From a bacterium (lineage in GTDB: Bacteria > Zhuqueibacterota > Zhuqueibacteria > Oceanimicrobiales > Oceanimicrobiaceae), in NCBI GenBank assembly GCA_046757525.1, contig JBHHYI010000152.1, positions 1 through 10,193 on the forward strand: a stretch of DNA of 10,193 bases, written 5' to 3'. How positions within the stretch are numbered: position 1 is the stretch's first letter; each line of letters begins with the position of its first letter. Shown here piece after piece: positions 5,815 to 10,193 of this stretch. A model generated the notes under the pieces. It was not told the DNA's origin, searched no databases, and saw nothing but the letters and a program-made list of their open reading frames with translations. A program made the translations under genes and the position numbers.

Positions 5815-8781
5815 ATGAAATGCACAATAAGAACCTGGTTAGTATCACAGATACTTCTCCTCCTTTTAGCACCGGCTCTCTACAGTCAATTTCTGAAGAG
5901 AGAAACAAAAGACTTAACCCTGATTTACCTTGACAAGTCGCAAGAGTACATCGTCCCGCATTTAGCCAGGTGTTTCGAGAATTCATTGAAATACCATTCT
6001 CATCTTTTTGACTATGCACCGAGTGAAAAAGTAACCGTCTTTTTGCAAGACTTCAGTGATTATCATAATGCCGGCGCGCTCTCCGTTCCGAGAGATTTCA
6101 TTAAAGTGGACTTAGCGCCGGCAAATTACATTTTTGAGACCACGCCTGCCAACGAAAGAATGAACCATACCATGAGTCATGAGCTGGTGCATATTGTCAC
6201 CACGGATCAGGCTGCGGGCAGTGACAAGTTTTTTCGTTCGCTTTTTTTTGGCAAGGTAATGCCGTCTGAGGACAACCCCATCTCCATATTCTATTCTTAT
6301 CTCACCGGACCGCGCAAGCTTTCCCCCCGCTGGTATCTCGAAGGCCTGGCCGTTTTTTGGGAGACGTGGATGGCTGGCGGTTTAGGACGGGCGCTGGGGG
6401 CGTACGATGAAATGGTGTTCAGGTCAATGGTCCGGGATGGAAGCTACATGTACGACGTGGTAGGTTTAGAGTCGGAAGGTACGACCATCGATTTTCAAGT
6501 AGGGGTGAACTCGTACCTTTACGGAACCCGATTCGTCAGCAATCTCGCTTATCAATATGGCCCTGAAAAGATAATAGAATGGGCTGCACGCACAAAAGGC
6601 AGCAAGGGCTATTTTGCTTCGCAGTTTAAGAAAGTGTTTGGCCTCTCTCTCGACGACGGATGGTCTCGCTGGATTGAATGGGAGCATCAGTGGCAGCAAG
6701 CCAATCTCGATTCAATCCGTTTGAACCCAACTACTCCCTTTCGTCCAATCTCCAAGAAGGCGCTTGGCTCAGTGTCGCGCACCTTTTACGATTCAACCCG
6801 TAGAACGCTCTATGCTGCCGTACTATATCCAGGGCGAGTCGCGCACCTCGCTGCCATCAATGTGGACACCGGTGCCATGGACAAGATCTGCGAGGTGAAG
6901 GGTCCAGCGTTATATTACGTTTGTTCCCTCGCCTATGATGCCTCGGCAGGTTTGCTGTTTTACACTACAGACAATAATCGTTGGCGCGATTTAAATGTGG
7001 TTGATGTCCAAACTGGAAAATCTAAGACCCTCATGAAGGATTGCAGAGTGGGCGATTTGGCCTTCAATCGGGTTGACAAATCGATTTGGGGCGTGCGCCA
7101 CTATAATGGCATTTCAACCCTGGTCAGAATCCCGCATCCGTATAAAGAATGGAACCAAGTCTATTCATTCCCTTACGGACAGGACATTTTCGACATAGAC
7201 ATTTCACCCGATGGCTCGATGATTACCGCCGGTTTTGTGGATATTTCTGGCAGACAAAAATTGATCAAGATGGATGTGGCCAAACTCCTGCAGGGGGAAA
7301 CCACTTATGCCGTCCTGTTCGATTTCGAGAATAGTTTACCCGAGAGCTTTGTTTTCTCGTCGGATGGCAGGTATCTCTACGGCTCTTCGTACTATTCCGG
7401 TGTTTCAAATATCTACCGGTATGACTTCCAGGAAGAGGACATGGATATTCTCAGCAATTGCGAATCCGGGTTTTTCAGGCCAGTGCCTGTTTCTGAGGAC
7501 TCGTTAATTGTTATGCGTTATACGGGAGACGGGTTTGTTCCGGTGATGATTGCCAATCGATCGATTCAGAATGTCAGCGCGATACGCTTCCTGGGCAATG
7601 AGATCGTGAAAAAATATCCGATTGTAAAAGACTGGATCCTGGGTTCACCATCATCAATAAACCTCGATTCTCTGACCACCTCTTCTGGTAAATACCACCC
7701 TTTTGCTTATCTAAGACCTGCTTCCGTCTACCCGATCGTTGAAGGATACAAGGATTTTGCGGCCGTTGGTCTGCACGTTAACGCTTCCGACTTACTGGGG
7801 TTGACGGGTTTCGAAATGACGACTTCTTACTCACCGGATCGGGATTTGCCGTCGGACGAAAGAATCCATCTGGGGTTCAATTTTCATTACTGGCAGTTGA
7901 AACTAAAGGCCACCTATAATGGGGCCGATTTCTACGATTTATTCGGGCCAACCAAAACAAGTCGCAAGGGGTATTCTTTGGGTCTGCAATACACCAAAAC
8001 CTTGTTGTACGACAAACCCAGGACGTTGGATTTTAATATCAGCGTAACCGGCTATGGCAATTTAGAGAAGTTACCTGATTTTCAGAATGTGGCTGCAACA
8101 TTCGATAAGCTTTTGTCGGCAAAAGCAAGTTTTGATTACAAATATGTGCGCAGATCGCTCGGTGCGGTGGACGATGAAAAGGGTGTTAAATGGCAGCTTG
8201 TTTCCCAGAGCAATTACGTGAATTCAGAGATTTTCCCCCGGGTATATTCGAACTTTGACTATGGCATCCCACTTCCCATGGGGCATTCTTCCATCTGGTT
8301 GAGAAGTTCAATGGGCTACTCGTTCGGTGGCAGGAACAATCCGTTCGCAAACTTCTTTTTTGGCGGGTTTGGGAACAATTACGTTGATTATTTAACGGAA
8401 AAACGGTATAGAGAATATTACAGTTTTCCAGGGGCCGACCTGAACGATTTTGGTGGTAAGAATTATGGCAAGGTGATGCTCGAATGGAACTTGCCTCCAA
8501 TCAGATTTCGCCGCGTCGGATTCACGAGCTTCTACTTTAGATGGGCACGCATGGCGCTTTTTTCTTCAGCAATCAGAACGAATCTCGACGGTAAAGCCGG
8601 TGGCGACCCTCCGCCCCAATTCGGAGCGAGAAGGACGCTGGTGAATTTTGGCGGACAAATAGATTTTCGCATCGTCATGTTTTCACGACTCAACACCACC
8701 ATTTCACTGGGATATGCTGCGGCTGTCGAGAAAGACCAAGGTCTTGCAAAAGAATTCATGTTTTCATTAAAGATACTGTGA
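5815..8781 (+). CDS. Signal peptide + gluzincin-like metallopeptidase + TolB/WD40-like beta-propeller + Omp85-like beta-barrel outer-membrane protein
   Basis: Sec signal (ILLLLLAPALYS|Q). HELVH (6178-6192) plus PRWYLEGLA (Glu at 6340). Propeller motifs DISPDGS, FSSDGRYLY, GVSNIY. C-terminal amphipathic strands with FFFGG...FPG...GGKNYGKVMLEWNLP resembling Omp85 loop 6 and following strands; ends EFMFSLKIL. Barrel family is inferred. Confidence 0.75.
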   Translation: MKCTIRTWLVSQILLLLLAPALYSQFLKRETKDLTLIYLDKSQEYIVPHLARCFENSLKYHSHLFDYAPSEKVTVFLQDFSDYHNAGALSVPRDFIKVDLAPANYIFETTPANERMNHTMSHELVHIVTTDQAAGSDKFFRSLFFGKVMPSEDNPISIFYSYLTGPRKLSPRWYLEGLAVFWETWMAGGLGRALGAYDEMVFRSMVRDGSYMYDVVGLESEGTTIDFQVGVNSYLYGTRFVSNLAYQYGPEKIIEWAARTKGSKGYFASQFKKVFGLSLDDGWSRWIEWEHQWQQANLDSIRLNPTTPFRPISKKALGSVSRTFYDSTRRTLYAAVLYPGRVAHLAAINVDTGAMDKICEVKGPALYYVCSLAYDASAGLLFYTTDNNRWRDLNVVDVQTGKSKTLMKDCRVGDLAFNRVDKSIWGVRHYNGISTLVRIPHPYKEWNQVYSFPYGQDIFDIDISPDGSMITAGFVDISGRQKLIKMDVAKLLQGETTYAVLFDFENSLPESFVFSSDGRYLYGSSYYSGVSNIYRYDFQEEDMDILSNCESGFFRPVPVSEDSLIVMRYTGDGFVPVMIANRSIQNVSAIRFLGNEIVKKYPIVKDWILGSPSSINLDSLTTSSGKYHPFAYLRPASVYPIVEGYKDFAAVGLHVNASDLLGLTGFEMTTSYSPDRDLPSDERIHLGFNFHYWQLKLKATYNGADFYDLFGPTKTSRKGYSLGLQYTKTLLYDKPRTLDFNISVTGYGNLEKLPDFQNVAATFDKLLSAKASFDYKYVRRSLGAVDDEKGVKWQLVSQSNYVNSEIFPRVYSNFDYGIPLPMGHSSIWLRSSMGYSFGGRNNPFANFFFGGFGNNYVDYLTEKRYREYYSFPGADLNDFGGKNYGKVMLEWNLPPIRFRRVGFTSFYFRWARMALFSSAIRTNLDGKAGGDPPPQFGARRTLVNFGGQIDFRIVMFSRLNTTISLGYAAAVEKDQGLAKEFMFSLKIL

Positions 8782-9788
8782 ATGAACTGAGCAGAATCGC
8801 AGTCAGCTTTCTTCCTGTATTTGTTTTTCTGGCTATTCTAATAGTTCTTGACAGCTATAAACTGGTCAAATTGAGTTCGATTTTGCTGGCTGTCCTGGTG
8901 GGATGCGGCGTGGCGGTGGGAAGTTGGTTCTTCAATCGTTGGCTATTACCCTCATCCACGTTGGATCTCCAGTCGTTTTCGCGATATGTCGCACCAGTGG
9001 TTGAAGAGTGTTTGAAAGCGTTGTACCTCGTATTTCTGATCAAATCCCCAAAAGTAGGTTTCATGGTCGACAGCGCTATTTATGGCTTCGCAGTTGGGGC
9101 GGGCTTTGCATTGGTTGAAAATGTCTATTACCTGAATTCTCTGCAAGATTCAAATCTGCTGCTTTGGGCCGTCCGCGGTTTTGGCACGGCCATCATGCAT
9201 GGTGGGACCACTGCCATATTTGGCATCGTTTCAAAAAATCTGGCCGATCGTAAATCGTCAGGACAGCTATTTGTTTTCCTGCCGGGTCTTGGAATGGCCA
9301 TCTTGATCCATTCGGTTTTTAATCATTTTATCCTGCCTCCCGTACTGACCACGCTAAGTCTCTTGATTTCTCTCCCTTTGCTGCTGATCCTGGTCTTCGA
9401 TCTGAGTGAGAAGTCGCTGCGGCATTGGTTGGGCGTGGGTTTCGATTCGGACATGGCCCTGCTCCAAATGATTGCTTCCGGAAACATATCAGACACCCCT
9501 CTCGGCCAATATCTGCTTTCTCTCAAAACGCGGTTCCCGGGGGGAATCGTGGCCGATATGTTCTGTCTGTTGCGTATTCATTTGGAACTCTCGCTCAGGG
9601 CTAAAGGCATATTGATGATGCGGGAGACGGGATTTAAGACCGTAGCCGACCCCGAGATGGAAGAGCGATTCGCGGAATTAAGGTATTTGGAAAAAAGCAT
9701 TGGTAAGACCGGGAAACTCGCCATTCTGCCCTTTCTGCATACCAGTAGCCGCGACTTGTGGCAGTTACATCTGTTGGCGCAGGACTAA
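8778..9788 (+). CDS. prsW: PrsW-family glutamic intramembrane protease with an extended C-terminal domain
   Basis: APVVEECLK (EExxK), GAGFALVEN (FxxxEN), IMHG and IHSVFN motifs; multiple TM segments; GTGA overlap with the upstream gene. Confidence 0.92.
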   Translation: MNELSRIAVSFLPVFVFLAILIVLDSYKLVKLSSILLAVLVGCGVAVGSWFFNRWLLPSSTLDLQSFSRYVAPVVEECLKALYLVFLIKSPKVGFMVDSAIYGFAVGAGFALVENVYYLNSLQDSNLLLWAVRGFGTAIMHGGTTAIFGIVSKNLADRKSSGQLFVFLPGLGMAILIHSVFNHFILPPVLTTLSLLISLPLLLILVFDLSEKSLRHWLGVGFDSDMALLQMIASGNISDTPLGQYLLSLKTRFPGGIVADMFCLLRIHLELSLRAKGILMMRETGFKTVADPEMEERFAELRYLEKSIGKTGKLAILPFLHTSSRDLWQLHLLAQD

Positions 9789-9817
9789 CCTATCGCGGCG
9801 CAGCCGCAGATGAATGG

Positions 9818-9968
9818 AACGCGGATTTTACGGATCGAACGGATTTACACGGATTTGTTTCTTGTGAAAATCAAACGGTTCATGAGCCATTCGGTTTACA
9901 GTCAATGGCCTAAACAGGTTTAGTCTGGCTAATCCGTTCGGATCCGTTAAATCCGTGCAATCCGCGTT
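9818..9968. repeat. MITE/REP-like element with arms made of four CGGAT units
   Basis: Left arm AACGCGGAT... (9818-9855) has CGGAT at 9822, 9831, 9840, 9850. Right arm (9931-9968) has ATCCG at 9932, 9942, 9951, 9960 and ends CCGCGTT. Confidence 0.75.
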
Positions 9969-10082
9969 GCAATCCTTTTTCCACTTTTGTCAGTCGGGCG
10001 TCCGTCAAAGGCCGGACCTCTAACGGGCCCGTCAAGGGCCGTCCGGCAGCCGCCGGGGAGAAATCTGGTTTGTGCCTAAATC

Positions 10083-10131
10083 AGACCCCTCGACTACGTC
10101 CGGCAACTGCCGGACTCCGCTCGGGGTGACA
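10083..10131. repeat. REP-like palindrome with a nested hairpin
   Basis: AGACCCCTCGACTAC-[GTCCGGCA-AC-TGCCGGAC]-TCCGCTCGGGGTGACA. Confidence 0.6.
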
Positions 10132-10193
10132 ATATGGGGGTTAGACGCCCGTTAAGTTGACGCCAAAAGGCAGCCGCCGGATGACTGGCCTGA

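Noticed and set aside
5789..9526. Short ORFs within or antisense to the OMP and prsW genes
   Set aside because: No recognisable motifs, and they overlap well-supported genes.
10018..10146. CTCTAAC...GTTAGAC as an attC site
   Set aside because: The inverse core is imperfect, L-box pairing is unconvincing, and no cassette ORF is adjacent.

Overview
Bacterial window, probably from a diderm organism because it encodes a predicted outer-membrane beta-barrel; the taxon cannot be determined. Minus strand, 1-1263: a cold-shock protein gene followed by a membrane fatty-acid desaturase that runs off the window edge and is missing from the ORF track. 1500-2200: a scar holding a type IIG restriction-modification C-terminal remnant, a sigma70-like promoter with a palindrome, and an IS1634-like transposase fragment. 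Plus strand, 2196-9788: a seven-gene cluster encoding an RsbW-like kinase, a STAS anti-anti-sigma, an ECF sigma factor, a membrane anti-sigma, a membrane-anchored protein with 24 tandem 11-aa repeats, a 988-aa HExxH-peptidase/beta-propeller/Omp85-like protein, and a PrsW-family intramembrane protease. Two matching ECF-type promoters precede the sigma gene and the repeat gene. The anti-sigma and the repeat protein share a short juxtamembrane motif. Together these suggest an uncharacterised system coupling regulated proteolysis to production and export of a repeat protein (inference). The window ends in MITE/REP-like palindromes.
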